Below, piece by piece: positions 39,514-49,872 of a stretch of DNA of 64,000 nucleotides. The notes under the pieces are model-generated. The model ran no database searches. It was not told the DNA's origin and saw only the letters and a program-made list of their open reading frames with translations. Both the position numbers and the translations under genes were made by a program. Within the stretch, counting starts at the first letter, position 1. Each line of letters starts with the position of its first letter. The DNA is from Promethearchaeota archaeon. GTDB taxonomy: Archaea; Asgardarchaeota; Lokiarchaeia; Sigyniarchaeales; SOKP01. The stretch covers positions 43,017 to 107,016 of the forward strand of contig JAHPZE010000012.1 of NCBI GenBank assembly GCA_019058365.1, read 5' to 3'.

Positions 39514-40140
39514 TTATTCAATAATTTCATATCCCTTATCCTCCCATGCTTTTCTCATAACAGGATTTTTTTTAAGAAAAGTATCAATCACTTCTTTTTT
39601 TACACGATTGAAAGGACATGAAAAATTTGGACAATTGCCACATCTTTTTTTGATTAAGAAACTAAAGAAAATGAAAATCGTTATAATTGAAATTATTAAA
39701 ATAATAAACTGACCACCTAATATAATAAATATTAATGGATATCCAATCAGAATTGTGAAACCAATCATTAATTGGATTTTTTCAGATAAATTCATAGGCT
39801 CTGGATGAAATTTCCAGAGTTTAAAACTACCATAATTAGCAATACAATGTAATGTTTTCCCATCTTCAGCATAGTAAGGACAATGACTACAAAGAATTCG
39901 AATCTCCCAAACCTCAAAAAAAAATAACCAGAAACCAACCCAACCTAATAAAAACCAACCATAACCCGCTAATATAACACCAATAAATGCCGGAACAGCA
40001 AAAATAAGAAATAATCCAAAAAAGCTAATTAGATATTTTTTATGAAAATGACATATTAGTTCCCCTTTTATAGAGCAATCTTTACACTCTGAAGTATCTT
40101 TCCAAGTACATACATTATGTGAATTTGTCATATTAATCAT
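39514..40140 (-). CDS. 4-TM Cys-rich membrane protein
   Basis: N-terminal CTW...CKDC....CHF, LCSHCPYY..C, CGNCPNFSCPFN, WEDKGY. Confidence 0.8.
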   Translation of the reverse strand: MINMTNSHNVCTWKDTSECKDCSIKGELICHFHKKYLISFFGLFLIFAVPAFIGVILAGYGWFLLGWVGFWLFFFEVWEIRILCSHCPYYAEDGKTLHCIANYGSFKLWKFHPEPMNLSEKIQLMIGFTILIGYPLIFIILGGQFIILIISIITIFIFFSFLIKKRCGNCPNFSCPFNRVKKEVIDTFLKKNPVMRKAWEDKGYEIIE

Positions 40141-40290
40141 TAATACCTATTTAGAATATAACTTTACAGAATTATATTGAAACATTACTTATATTCTCTG
40201 ATATATATCTCTCAACTCATTTGTTAATATTTAAATTAATTGAAAATTAAATTCAAATAGCGGGAAAAGTGAGAAAAGTCGAAAAATGGG

Positions 40291-40305
40291 GAAAAAGTTT
40301 ATAAA
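40291..40305 (+). promoter_or_regulatory. BRE-TATA promoter of dsrEFH (leaderless spacing)
   Basis: GAAAAAG-TTTATAAA, TATA 40298-40305, ~25 nt before ATG 40330. Confidence 0.5.
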
Positions 40306-40329
40306 GAAAAAAATTGTAGAAAATTCAAG

Positions 40330-40698
40330 ATGGTTTCATTTACTTTTGTAGTGTGTGCAGAGCCTTATAAGTATGAAGCTATAGACACGATGATTAATTT
40401 AGGGGAAACTATAGTTAAAAAGGGGCATACAGTTTTAGGAATTTTTCTATATGGTAGTGGTGTCTATAATATTAAAGAGAGAACCCTTAAAGATACATCA
40501 TTACGTAATTTATCAAATCGACTAAAAGAATTTTGTAAAAAACATAAAACAGAACCGATTGCTTGTAGCACATGGATTAGCTTTACAGGAATTAAGGTGG
40601 AAGAATTTATAGAAGGAGCTGCTAGAGAAGGATTAGGAGGGCTCTCTGATTTAATTGCCAGATCAGATAAAGTAATATTCTTTGGTCCTGGAGGTTGA
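40330..40698 (+). CDS. dsrE: DsrE/TusD-like sulfurtransferase subunit
   Basis: PY, GH.V..IFLYGSGVYN, active-site-equivalent Cys (IACST), GLGGL...I..SDKVIFF. Confidence 0.8.
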   Translation: MVSFTFVVCAEPYKYEAIDTMINLGETIVKKGHTVLGIFLYGSGVYNIKERTLKDTSLRNLSNRLKEFCKKHKTEPIACSTWISFTGIKVEEFIEGAAREGLGGLSDLIARSDKVIFFGPGG

Positions 40699-40703
40699 TA
40701 AGA

Positions 40704-41072
40704 ATGGTAAATTCTGTAGTAATTATTTGTGAAGATTCACCATTTGGAAAAAATTCAGTGGTGGAATCAATACGTATGGCTGCTGGGATTCTTGCTGTAG
40801 GCGATATTGATACGTGCAAAGTTATTCTCCTTAAAGATGCTGTTTATTTTATGAAAAAGAACTTGAATCCCGATGCTTTAAATGTAGATGATTTTACTAA
40901 TATTATAAGATTAATAGAGCTTTCTGAATTAGAAATTTATATTCATGATAAAGCATTGAAAACAGCTGGAATTGAATCTACTGATCTTATATTAAAAGAA
41001 AATTTGAAAATTATTGGAACTCACCAAATTTCTCAGATTATTTTAGATGCTGATATGAGTTTTAAGTACTGA
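40704..41072 (+). CDS. dsrF: DsrF/TusC-like subunit (ATG 40704; ORF open from 40695)
   Basis: SPFG...ESIRMA, LKDAVYF, I..AD; middle gene of the triad. Confidence 0.75.
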   Translation: MVNSVVIICEDSPFGKNSVVESIRMAAGILAVGDIDTCKVILLKDAVYFMKKNLNPDALNVDDFTNIIRLIELSELEIYIHDKALKTAGIESTDLILKENLKIIGTHQISQIILDADMSFKY

Positions 41073-41091
41073 TTGGGAGGCTGAATTAAAA

Positions 41092-41427
41092 GTGTTAAAT
41101 TCTATAGTTTATTTATATGGTTTTAGCCCAACGTTGGAGCAGAAATTAGCTACTTTGTTGGATATTTTAAAAGAGCAACTACAATTATATGTTGAAATAA
41201 CTGTTGTTTTAATCCATGATGGTATTATTGGTACATCAAAAAAAGCAAAACCCCCTAAAACTTTAAAAGAGTTATTAGACCTTCCAGTTAGTGTATATGC
41301 GATAATACCAGATATTAAAGCTCGAGGGATTGATCCCTATAATCTGGTTGATCAAATAAAAGGAATTGAATATGAAGATTTGGTCGACATTTTGGTAAGT
41401 AACCAAAAAATTGTATCTTGGATGTAA
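41092..41427 (+). CDS. dsrH: DsrH/TusB-like subunit
   Basis: LIHDGI, YAIIPDIKARGI, IEYEDLVDIL, VSW. Confidence 0.8.
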   Translation: MLNSIVYLYGFSPTLEQKLATLLDILKEQLQLYVEITVVLIHDGIIGTSKKAKPPKTLKELLDLPVSVYAIIPDIKARGIDPYNLVDQIKGIEYEDLVDILVSNQKIVSWM

Positions 41428-41557
41428 TCTCATATTATATTCAATTCCTTCTCTATTATAAGTAAAGACTTTTAAATAGATAGGATTAATTTAAAATAAA
41501 GATATTTCATCAAATTAAAATTAAAAAAAAGTTATTTTAAAAATTAGGAGAATAATT

Positions 41558-43252
41558 ATGAAGGATTATTCAGAGTGGGAAACAATCCCAGATTACGAGA
41601 ATGAGTCTCCTTATATTGAAAATTCAAATCGTCCATGGTTAAAACTTAAACCAGATTATATCCCTAAGACAGTGAAATTTGAGCCCATTCCTGTTCATGA
41701 ATATATTAAAAAGGCAACTTCTGAATACCTTAATAATGTCTGTGTTTATTATAAACCAACAGATAAAAAGTATACTTATCGTGAAATGAATTATATATCC
41801 GATAAAATAGCTAATGCTTTATATGAAGAAGGCATAAGAAAAGGAGATGCTGTTGGGATTATGACTGCTAATTGTCCTGAATTTTTATTTTGTTGTATGG
41901 GGATCATGGAGACAGGTGCCTCTGTGGTTCCAATAAATTCTCTCCTCAAAGAGACTGATGTGGTTCATATTCTTAAAGATGCTGGAAACATTAACACTGT
42001 TTTTGTCCATAAAAGCAATTTTAGAACAATGAAAAAGGTAAGAGATCAAGTTCCATTAAAGAATATGATTCTACTTCAAACACAGGAAGCTAAGCCCGAG
42101 ACTATTACCTTAGAAGAGTTTATTGATGGTATCGCACCAAAACAACCTGATGTTGAGATTAATCCCTTGAATGATATTGCTGCTTTATTATATACTGGAG
42201 GTACTACAGGCTTACCTAAAGGAGTGATGTTAACACATAATAATTTAGTCTCAAATTCTGTGTGTACATTGGAAAATATGAGAGAATCCAGAGAGGATGA
42301 TCCAACTATTTATGGTACAGGAGTAAGTTTAACAGTTCTCCCTATTTGTCATAGTTTTGGTTTTCAAGTCCTAATTATTAGTTCTGTACTCGCTGCAATG
42401 TTAGTTATGTTTCAATCCTTTGATGCTTCTGAAGTACTTGAAGCAATTGAATACTATAAATGCGAAACCTTTACAGGTGTACCTGTCATGTTTCAGATGT
42501 TAGTCAATTCTCCCGATTTTACAGAGCGAGATCTTTCAAGTCTTGAAACAGCTAATTCGGGTTCAGCAACGTTGGCTACAGAAATAAATAGAAAATGGGA
42601 ACAAGTGGTAGGCTTTAAAGTAGGTCAAGGATTTGGATTAACTGAGACATCCCCAATTACTCATAGTCAACCAAAATGGTTACCCGAAATAATACCAGAG
42701 AGTATAGGTGTACCTATTGTTGATACTGATGCAAAAATAGTAAATCCTGATACATTAGAGGAAGTTCCTTTAGGAGAAATAGGGGAACTGTTACTTAAAG
42801 GGCCTCAAGTTATGAAAGGCTACTGGAAAAATCCAGAAGAGACAGCAACAACTTTTGTTGGTGACTGGTTAAAAACAGGGGATTTAGCTCGTATGGATGA
42901 ACGGGGTTATTTCTATATTGAAGGAAGGACTAAAGATATGATAAAATATAAAGGATATAAAGTTATGCCGAAAGAAATTGAGGAAAAATTGCATGAACAT
43001 CCTGCAATCTTAGAAGTAGGTGTAATTTCTGCCCCAGACCCAAATATTGGAGAAACTATTAAAGCCTATGTGGCCTTAAAACCAGAATATCAAGGGAAAG
43101 TCACAGAACGAGATATTATCGAATGGTCAAAAGAAAAAATGGCAGCGTATAAATACCCACGTCTAGTAGAATTCGTAACTGTATTACCAAGAACTACCGT
43201 TGGTAAAATTTTTCGCAGAAAGTTAAGGGAACGAGCCGAAAAAGGAAGTTAA
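41558..43252 (+). CDS. Long-chain fatty acid-CoA ligase (AMP-binding)
   Basis: YTGGTTGLPKGVMLTH, GFGLTETSP, GPQVMKGYW, TGDLA, GRTKDMI, VGKI. Confidence 0.95.
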   Translation: MKDYSEWETIPDYENESPYIENSNRPWLKLKPDYIPKTVKFEPIPVHEYIKKATSEYLNNVCVYYKPTDKKYTYREMNYISDKIANALYEEGIRKGDAVGIMTANCPEFLFCCMGIMETGASVVPINSLLKETDVVHILKDAGNINTVFVHKSNFRTMKKVRDQVPLKNMILLQTQEAKPETITLEEFIDGIAPKQPDVEINPLNDIAALLYTGGTTGLPKGVMLTHNNLVSNSVCTLENMRESREDDPTIYGTGVSLTVLPICHSFGFQVLIISSVLAAMLVMFQSFDASEVLEAIEYYKCETFTGVPVMFQMLVNSPDFTERDLSSLETANSGSATLATEINRKWEQVVGFKVGQGFGLTETSPITHSQPKWLPEIIPESIGVPIVDTDAKIVNPDTLEEVPLGEIGELLLKGPQVMKGYWKNPEETATTFVGDWLKTGDLARMDERGYFYIEGRTKDMIKYKGYKVMPKEIEEKLHEHPAILEVGVISAPDPNIGETIKAYVALKPEYQGKVTERDIIEWSKEKMAAYKYPRLVEFVTVLPRTTVGKIFRRKLRERAEKGS

Positions 43253-43296
43253 ATATACATCTATTACTCTATTTTTTAATTTATTCTGTTTTTTTT

Positions 43297-44475
43297 CTAT
43301 AAATATTCACTTTTAGAGCGCGTGAAAATTGTAAAGAATAAAATTAAAACTCCAGTCATGATAAAAACACTAAAGACACTCCATTCCACTAGGAGCCCCA
43401 CAATCGGGTAAATGATTGCTCTTAGTAAACTTGCAAACATATTTATTGTACTTAATACGGTAGCTCTATTTTCAGATGCAATCTGTATATTTATTCCATC
43501 TACAAATATTAAATATCTTGTATAACCAAAAGCAACGATTGTCAGAATAATAGCAATCCCCAAAGGAATTATTGTAGTTATTCCTAGTAGCAGAAATGCG
43601 ATTCCATTTATCAAATTGATTGAGATTAAAAATCGTTTTTTATTTTTAGATGATTTTAATAATAGAGGTATCGTACTTGAAAAAATTGCATTAATTATAT
43701 TCATACCCGCTAAAATAAATCCAAACCACAATTGAGGTATGTTAATTGTACCTAAATAGACTTGATAGGTCCAGAACAGAAAAAATATCAACACATTAAT
43801 TGGTATCCAATCAAGAGCTAGAATTCTTAATATTTTATTTTTCCGTAATTCCTTAAACCCAGATATTATTATCTTCCAATAATTTTCTCGTGTATAATTG
43901 TTAGTTGTCATTTTTGGCTCTTTAAAAGTTAATGCAACTAAAAAAGCCCCTATATATATAAAAGCTAAAGAAGTCATTGTAAATTGTAAAGAGATAAAAT
44001 AAGCGATAATAGATCCTATTGGTGCTGAAATTGTCAATGCAATTAAATTCAGGGTTTGAGATCTTCCTAAAGTTTTTGAGAGGTTCTTTTCATTCCCAAA
44101 AGATTTCAAAGAGAAAAAAACAAAAGCATCACTCGTTCCAGACATTAGGGCTGAACCAAAAGCCCATAAAGTTTCTGCTAACATGAATAAGATAAAATTT
44201 GGAATAATACTATAAATCAGTGCAGCACAAGCAATTGATAATGCAGATAATAATAATGCTATTTTACGTCCTAAAAAGTCAGCTATTGCTCCAGAAGGAA
44301 TTTCAAGAAGAACAATCATTGCAGTAAAATAACTCTGTAAAATCATTATCTGAAAAAAAGAAAGACCGCCCCAAATCATCATGAATGGTATATACACACC
44401 TCTAACTGTGTGAATCCCTAAGATAAACGAAAAAATATAAATTTTGAAAATATTCGATTTATAATTTCTTTCCAT
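43297..44475 (-). CDS. MFS transporter
   Basis: EIPSGAIADFLGRK, SGT, RATVLS, 12 TM. Confidence 0.9.
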   Translation of the reverse strand: MERNYKSNIFKIYIFSFILGIHTVRGVYIPFMMIWGGLSFFQIMILQSYFTAMIVLLEIPSGAIADFLGRKIALLLSALSIACAALIYSIIPNFILFMLAETLWAFGSALMSGTSDAFVFFSLKSFGNEKNLSKTLGRSQTLNLIALTISAPIGSIIAYFISLQFTMTSLAFIYIGAFLVALTFKEPKMTTNNYTRENYWKIIISGFKELRKNKILRILALDWIPINVLIFFLFWTYQVYLGTINIPQLWFGFILAGMNIINAIFSSTIPLLLKSSKNKKRFLISINLINGIAFLLLGITTIIPLGIAIILTIVAFGYTRYLIFVDGINIQIASENRATVLSTINMFASLLRAIIYPIVGLLVEWSVFSVFIMTGVLILFFTIFTRSKSEYL

Positions 44476-44609
44476 AGTTTCCTTTTAATTCTGCTTTGAA
44501 ATATCTGAAAGTAGCTAATTTTAAAAAGTCAATTATAATTTATGCAGTTAATCAGAATATTAAAAAAAGAAAAAATAAGGATAGAATAATAATATTTATG
44601 TATTTGTAC

Positions 44610-45044
44610 TTACTTATTTTTGGATTTTAAGAAGAATAAGATAGTATTGAGTATTCCCGCAATAATACTGCCGTAAAAACCCGTATCAGGCCACCAGTCA
44701 TATGCATCATAATATATACCAAACGAGGCTAACCCTATAATTGCTAAAAGAACTGTGCAACCTGCTAGGAGTAATCCAAATTTATCTAGATCTCTGTGAA
44801 TAAATTTTTTTGGAAGTAGGTCGTTTATAATTATCACTATTTGTGCTATTAAGAATATTAACATGAGAATTTGTGCAGTTAAATCAGCTGGTGTCCAGTA
44901 GTCACAATCAAAGCAAGAATACCTATTTCCGTAACCAGTATAATAGAAGCCAGCAAACCATTGAGTTGCCAGTAGAATTATCCCTATAATGCTAAGTACT
45001 AAAATCAAAGCAGCAAACACATTGACATTCCTCTCAGATGACAT
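44610..45044 (-). CDS. 4-TM membrane protein with claudin/PMP22-like topology
   Basis: TM1 ends LATQW, extracellular loop with CFDC, TM3 LAG, TM4 starts GFY. Confidence 0.7.
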   Translation of the reverse strand: MSSERNVNVFAALILVLSIIGIILLATQWFAGFYYTGYGNRYSCFDCDYWTPADLTAQILMLIFLIAQIVIIINDLLPKKFIHRDLDKFGLLLAGCTVLLAIIGLASFGIYYDAYDWWPDTGFYGSIIAGILNTILFFLKSKNK

Positions 45045-45137
45045 TTTGATTCCTCTTTAGGTTTTATTTAAATTTATTTTATAATAATGATCTTGGGATG
45101 TAGGTTTATTTAAATGTTTATTTTATATTTATAAAAG

Positions 45138-46277
45138 TCATTTTGTCATCTTTTCTTCTCTTTTTTTCTTAGTAACACAATAAACAGGGCCTTGCATCAT
45201 AGTCATATAGCAACCATTACAACTAATACATTTTGCGGGCGAAATATCACCATTTTGCCAACGTTTCGGAAGATCTGGTTCATAAATTAGTGGTCTGCTC
45301 AGCGAAATAAAATCAGCAATGTTCTCCTTAAGAATTCTTTCAGCAGAAATAGGATTTTTAATTCCCCCCATCGCAATTAATTTGCATTTATTGAGAAATG
45401 GTTTAATCCTTTTATTATTGTGTAAGAAATAATTTTCTTCTTCAGGGGATTTAATATTTAGACTTGGATATGGCTTTTTACTTAAAATTTGAGCATCTCC
45501 CCCCCCTCCACTAGGCTCGATGGCATCAAATCCAATTTCTGAAAGAATTTTAGCATATTCAACACCTTCTTCTAAGCTTAATCCATTTGGAATGAAATCT
45601 TCTGTTTGTAGTTTAATGATTATAGGAAAATTACTTTCTAATTCATCTCGTAAACCATTATAAATATCGATCAAAATCTTTGCTCTTTTTTGAGTATCTC
45701 CACCGTATTCGTCGGTTCTTTTATTAGTATATGGAGAAATGAAATTACTTAAAAAGTAACCGTGAGCAGCATGGAGTTGCACCATATCATAACCACACTC
45801 ATAACTTCTTTTTCCGGCATCTACAAATTTTTGTATTAATGTTTCTATTTCATTAGCTGTTAATTCTCGCGGTGTTAATCCAGTGATTTTAAAAAGAACT
45901 GGGGATGGTGCTACTGGATGGTATTTAGGATGATAACCTTGACGACCAGTATGAGCTATTTGAATAGCAATTTTAACATCTGCATATTCATGAACTGCTT
46001 TTATTAATTTCTTCTGGCCTGGCATAAATGAATCATCATATAAACACGCCTGATACGGATTAGCAGTACCCCCAGGATCTACTGCTGTGAAACCTGATAT
46101 TATTAATCCGGTACCTCCACGGGCTAATTCACTGTAAATCTCAATAAGCTTATCACCAACATACCCATATTTTTCTGTGCTTCGCATATGAGTTGCTGAA
46201 CGCACTATTCTGTTTTTAATTTGGATATTACCAATTTTTTCTGGGCTAAAAAGAGTTTCAAGTTCCAATTTAATCAC
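45138..46277 (-). CDS. NADH:flavin oxidoreductase (OYE family)
   Basis: KNRIVRSAT, QIAHTGRQ, QLHAAHGYF, RTDEYGG, SRPLIYEP, CISCNGC. Confidence 0.92.
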   Translation of the reverse strand: MIKLELETLFSPEKIGNIQIKNRIVRSATHMRSTEKYGYVGDKLIEIYSELARGGTGLIISGFTAVDPGGTANPYQACLYDDSFMPGQKKLIKAVHEYADVKIAIQIAHTGRQGYHPKYHPVAPSPVLFKITGLTPRELTANEIETLIQKFVDAGKRSYECGYDMVQLHAAHGYFLSNFISPYTNKRTDEYGGDTQKRAKILIDIYNGLRDELESNFPIIIKLQTEDFIPNGLSLEEGVEYAKILSEIGFDAIEPSGGGGDAQILSKKPYPSLNIKSPEEENYFLHNNKRIKPFLNKCKLIAMGGIKNPISAERILKENIADFISLSRPLIYEPDLPKRWQNGDISPAKCISCNGCYMTMMQGPVYCVTKKKREEKMTK

Positions 46278-46373
46278 AATTTAGAATTATAATCTGAAGC
46301 TATTTACTTTTTTGATTATAATTTATATAATAATATCTCTATTAACAGTTGACATTTTAAAGATGAATGAATA

Positions 46374-46595
46374 TTGACAAATATAAAAAGATGGGAAGAA
46401 GATAATCATTGGGTAGAAATAGATCTGGATCGCTGTATGGGATCAGGAGATTGCGTAAATGGGTGTCCAGCTGACGTATATAAAGTTATAAATGGGAAAG
46501 TTAATGCCCAAAATATTGGTGAATGTATTGAGTGTGGCACTTGCCAATACAGATGTCCATTTAAAGCAATATTAAAACATGCTGCTTGGAGATAA
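46374..46595 (+). CDS. Ferredoxin, probably [3Fe-4S][4Fe-4S]
   Basis: CMGSGDCVNGCP and CIECGTCQYRCP. Confidence 0.85.
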   Translation: MTNIKRWEEDNHWVEIDLDRCMGSGDCVNGCPADVYKVINGKVNAQNIGECIECGTCQYRCPFKAILKHAAWR

Positions 46596-46607
46596 AAAGC
46601 AAGAAGT

Positions 46608-47957
46608 TTAGGTCTTTTCTAATTTTTTTAATCTCTCTGAAAAAACTTTTTCTGTAGCATCCATTTCTGACACCACGTTTTTAAGAACTGGTACCCAAAA
46701 AAATGGAATTGCTAACCAAAAAATAATTGACATCATCATACCGTACACAGAACCAAATGCATCTCTTACAAATGAACCAATTAAAGGACCCAGGGACCGG
46801 CCAATTATATCGAAAAAATTAGCTGTCGCCAGTGTAGTTCCCCTATGTTCTGGAAGGTTAAGATCTACTACTGTTGCATACCAGCTACCATTGACAGCTC
46901 CATTAGCAAACATACCAATCATCATTAAGATTAACATTATCAAAGCTTCAGGAATTACGAAAAGTTCACCTACAGTTACGTTATTAGGAGCGTTAAAAGG
47001 AATTATTAAAGCAATAAATATTAAGGGTATGGGTATGATATTTCCTATTAGAGCCAATAATACTCGAGCATTTCTTTTACCTTTTTTAAATAATTTATCA
47101 CCAATAACTCCAAATACTACAGTGCCAACAAGAGTGCTTAAAAGTATGGTTCCTAAGAATATTAAAGATATATCTTCAGGAACATTATGATAATCACTCA
47201 TATAATAAAAGATCAAAAATAATATAATACCCGTGGGTATTGTATCAACAAAATTTATAACTAGCCAAATATTTGCCTTTTTTTTGAATATCTCTTTTAA
47301 ATCAGACCTTTTTATCCTATAAGTATACTCTACTGCATTTTTTTCATTTAAAAAAATGTAATCTTTACCAATTCGAGATGGCTCCTTAAAAAAAATAATT
47401 ATAAATGCAATTACGAATCCCAATATCCCAATTACATAATAAGATAATCTCCAATCGATTGGTCCATATATAGTAGCAACTATTAACCCTAAAGCCATCC
47501 CTAAAAGAGAAGCAATAGAAAAAAATGAGAATCCCTTGGATCTATCATTTTGAGATATTAAATCACCCATTAAAGAAAAGACACTGGGTATAATGGCACC
47601 AAATCCGATTCCATTCAATGAAGTAAGAAAAAAAAATAAATAATATCCATCTAGGTTCGGCGTAACAAAAATGATTAAGATTGAAAAAATTGAATAAAAT
47701 AAAGCGCCAACAAGGACCATCCATTTCCTCGTGATTTTATCCGCTAAATATCCAAAAATTAAAATAGAAATACCCGAGAGAATTGTAAACGTAGATGTCA
47801 AAACACCTAATTGAGCTGTTGCTCCACCAAATCCAAAATAATATGAAATAATCTCTAGATTTGGAGAAATCATATTCTGGACAGAATAAACTAAGGAAAG
47901 GATTACGATGAATAATATTATTAAAATAAGAGATGAATTATGAGGCTTGTTTTTCAT
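46608..47957 (-). CDS. MFS transporter (Spinster-like)
   Basis: FGYLADKITRK, KEPSR, DLNLPEHRGT, GRSLGP, 12 TM. Confidence 0.9.
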   Translation of the reverse strand: MKNKPHNSSLILIILFIVILSLVYSVQNMISPNLEIISYYFGFGGATAQLGVLTSTFTILSGISILIFGYLADKITRKWMVLVGALFYSIFSILIIFVTPNLDGYYLFFFLTSLNGIGFGAIIPSVFSLMGDLISQNDRSKGFSFFSIASLLGMALGLIVATIYGPIDWRLSYYVIGILGFVIAFIIIFFKEPSRIGKDYIFLNEKNAVEYTYRIKRSDLKEIFKKKANIWLVINFVDTIPTGIILFLIFYYMSDYHNVPEDISLIFLGTILLSTLVGTVVFGVIGDKLFKKGKRNARVLLALIGNIIPIPLIFIALIIPFNAPNNVTVGELFVIPEALIMLILMMIGMFANGAVNGSWYATVVDLNLPEHRGTTLATANFFDIIGRSLGPLIGSFVRDAFGSVYGMMMSIIFWLAIPFFWVPVLKNVVSEMDATEKVFSERLKKLEKT

Positions 47958-48061
47958 AATAGTAATTAAATTAAATTCTATATTTATGTTGTTCTATGAA
48001 AACTCTAAAACCTTATTAATAATATATTAGTTTTGCATAATTAATTAAAATGTGAGAAATT

Positions 48062-48850
48062 ATGATAGAAAAAGAAAAGATAAATGAAGTTATAAAAGTG
48101 TTAAATAACAGATGTACTGTAAGAGCATATGATCCAAAAGCATTGACTCAAGAAGAAAAAGACATGATTATTCATGGTGCTATGCGCGCTCCAACAGCGG
48201 GCAATATGATGTTCTATTCTATCCTTGAAGTACGAAACCAAAAAATGAAGGATAAATTAGTAAATACGTGTGATAACCAGCCCCATATCGCAAAAGCGCC
48301 TCTCATTCTTATATTCTTAGCCGATATGCAACGTTGGTATGATTATTATAGAGCTTCTGGTGTACCAGAATTGTGTGCTAATAAAAATCTTGTTTATCGA
48401 ACTCCTGAAGAATCCGATCTTTTACTTGCTTGCTGTGATGCTCTAATTGCTGCTCAGAATGCGGTAATTACTGCTGAATCAATGGGAATTGGCTCTTGTT
48501 ATATTGGAGATATTATAGAAAATATCGAAACTCATCGAGAAATGTTTAATCTTCCAAAATGGGTGTTTCCTATAACTATGCTTTGTTTTGGATATCCCAA
48601 ACAAGATCCTTCTAAGAGAATACCTACACAACGATTTCCTAAGAAATTTATCTATTTTACCGATACTTATAGAAGATTTAATATGGATGATTTCGTTGAA
48701 ATGTTTCAAAAGTTTGAAAAAGAAACTTTAGTTGAAGGAGCAGAGAATCTTGGACAGGATTATTTTTTGCGGAAAACAGGATCTGCTTTCTCACAAGAAA
48801 TGAGTCGTTCTGTTAAAGTTGCACTTAGAGATTGGATAAAAAAAGAGTAA
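48062..48850 (+). CDS. Nitroreductase / FMN reductase (NfrA/Frp-like)
   Basis: RCTVRAY, APTAGNMM, DNQP, AQNAVITAESMGIGSCYIG, FGYP. Confidence 0.9.
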   Translation: MIEKEKINEVIKVLNNRCTVRAYDPKALTQEEKDMIIHGAMRAPTAGNMMFYSILEVRNQKMKDKLVNTCDNQPHIAKAPLILIFLADMQRWYDYYRASGVPELCANKNLVYRTPEESDLLLACCDALIAAQNAVITAESMGIGSCYIGDIIENIETHREMFNLPKWVFPITMLCFGYPKQDPSKRIPTQRFPKKFIYFTDTYRRFNMDDFVEMFQKFEKETLVEGAENLGQDYFLRKTGSAFSQEMSRSVKVALRDWIKKE

Positions 48851-48920
48851 ATTACTTAATCAATTTCTCAAATTCTTATGAGTATATGATTTTAAATTTT
48901 TCTGAAAAGATATAATTTTT

Positions 48921-49784
48921 ATGGAAATACATAAGATAATAGAGGAAAATTTAGACATAATCTCATCAATATGCCTTGATCCGAGCGTAGATCAAGAAAC
49001 AAGGGTCCTGATGGAGAATGGCATGGATGAGAGAATTTGTTGGATCAAGAAGATGATTCCTAAAGGACTTGAAATATTAGTGGCACTTGAAAACCCTCGA
49101 CACGAAGAGATCCATTATAAGTGGGCTGGGAAAATGCTCCATTCAGATTTAGCAGTTCATGAGCAAGTACCAATGGGGTTACTTGAATATATCCCTATAG
49201 AACAAGCATTAGAGCCGGTTAAAGGTAATAACTTGCTTTTTATTAATTGTATGTGGATTTTACCACCTTTTTGGCTTAAAGGAGTAGGAAAGGCATTAGT
49301 TGAGTCATTTATTGAAAGAGCAAAAAAGTTTGGTGGCGCTAGTGTTATAGCATATGATGGAGATTCATGGTTTGGAACATCCATAAAATACATGCCCATC
49401 TCATTCTTTAAAAAATATGGATTCGAAGAGGTCGATAGAGATGGCAGCCGGGTTCTTCTATTTCTTAATTTAGGTTCTACTACACAACCAAAACTTATTT
49501 ATCCGAAATATGGAGAACCCAAAGATAATAAAAAGAGTAAAATGAAAATTTTTTCCAATAATCAATGTCCATGGTCAAGATATATGATCAATACGTTTAA
49601 AAAAGAACTAAGTCAATATTCAAACATAGATGTTAACATCATAGACACATGTAAGAGGGAAGTAATTCAAAATTTAGGGATATCTAGAGGTGTGAGTTTA
49701 AATGGGACCGCTCTTATTAATAGAATGGCATCTTGGGAAGAAATTAAATCAAAACTAGTAGAAAACAGAATAGAATTAGAATAA
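48921..49784 (+). CDS. GNAT acetyltransferase with YoaP/thioredoxin-like C-terminus
   Basis: GLLEYIP, INCMW, KGVGKAL, FFKKYGF, QCPW. Confidence 0.8.
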   Translation: MEIHKIIEENLDIISSICLDPSVDQETRVLMENGMDERICWIKKMIPKGLEILVALENPRHEEIHYKWAGKMLHSDLAVHEQVPMGLLEYIPIEQALEPVKGNNLLFINCMWILPPFWLKGVGKALVESFIERAKKFGGASVIAYDGDSWFGTSIKYMPISFFKKYGFEEVDRDGSRVLLFLNLGSTTQPKLIYPKYGEPKDNKKSKMKIFSNNQCPWSRYMINTFKKELSQYSNIDVNIIDTCKREVIQNLGISRGVSLNGTALINRMASWEEIKSKLVENRIELE

Positions 49785-49872
49785 GGTTCTATTTTTAAAA
49801 TACATATTAAAAATACTTAAAAGACTGTATTTATATAATTTTACTTATAGGATTTGTGAGGTATCAATCTCA

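Noticed and set aside
45499-45506. C8 run (and G7 at 38821-38827) in OYE genes as possible phase-variation tracts
   Set aside because: Explained by Gly/Trp codons; both frames are intact
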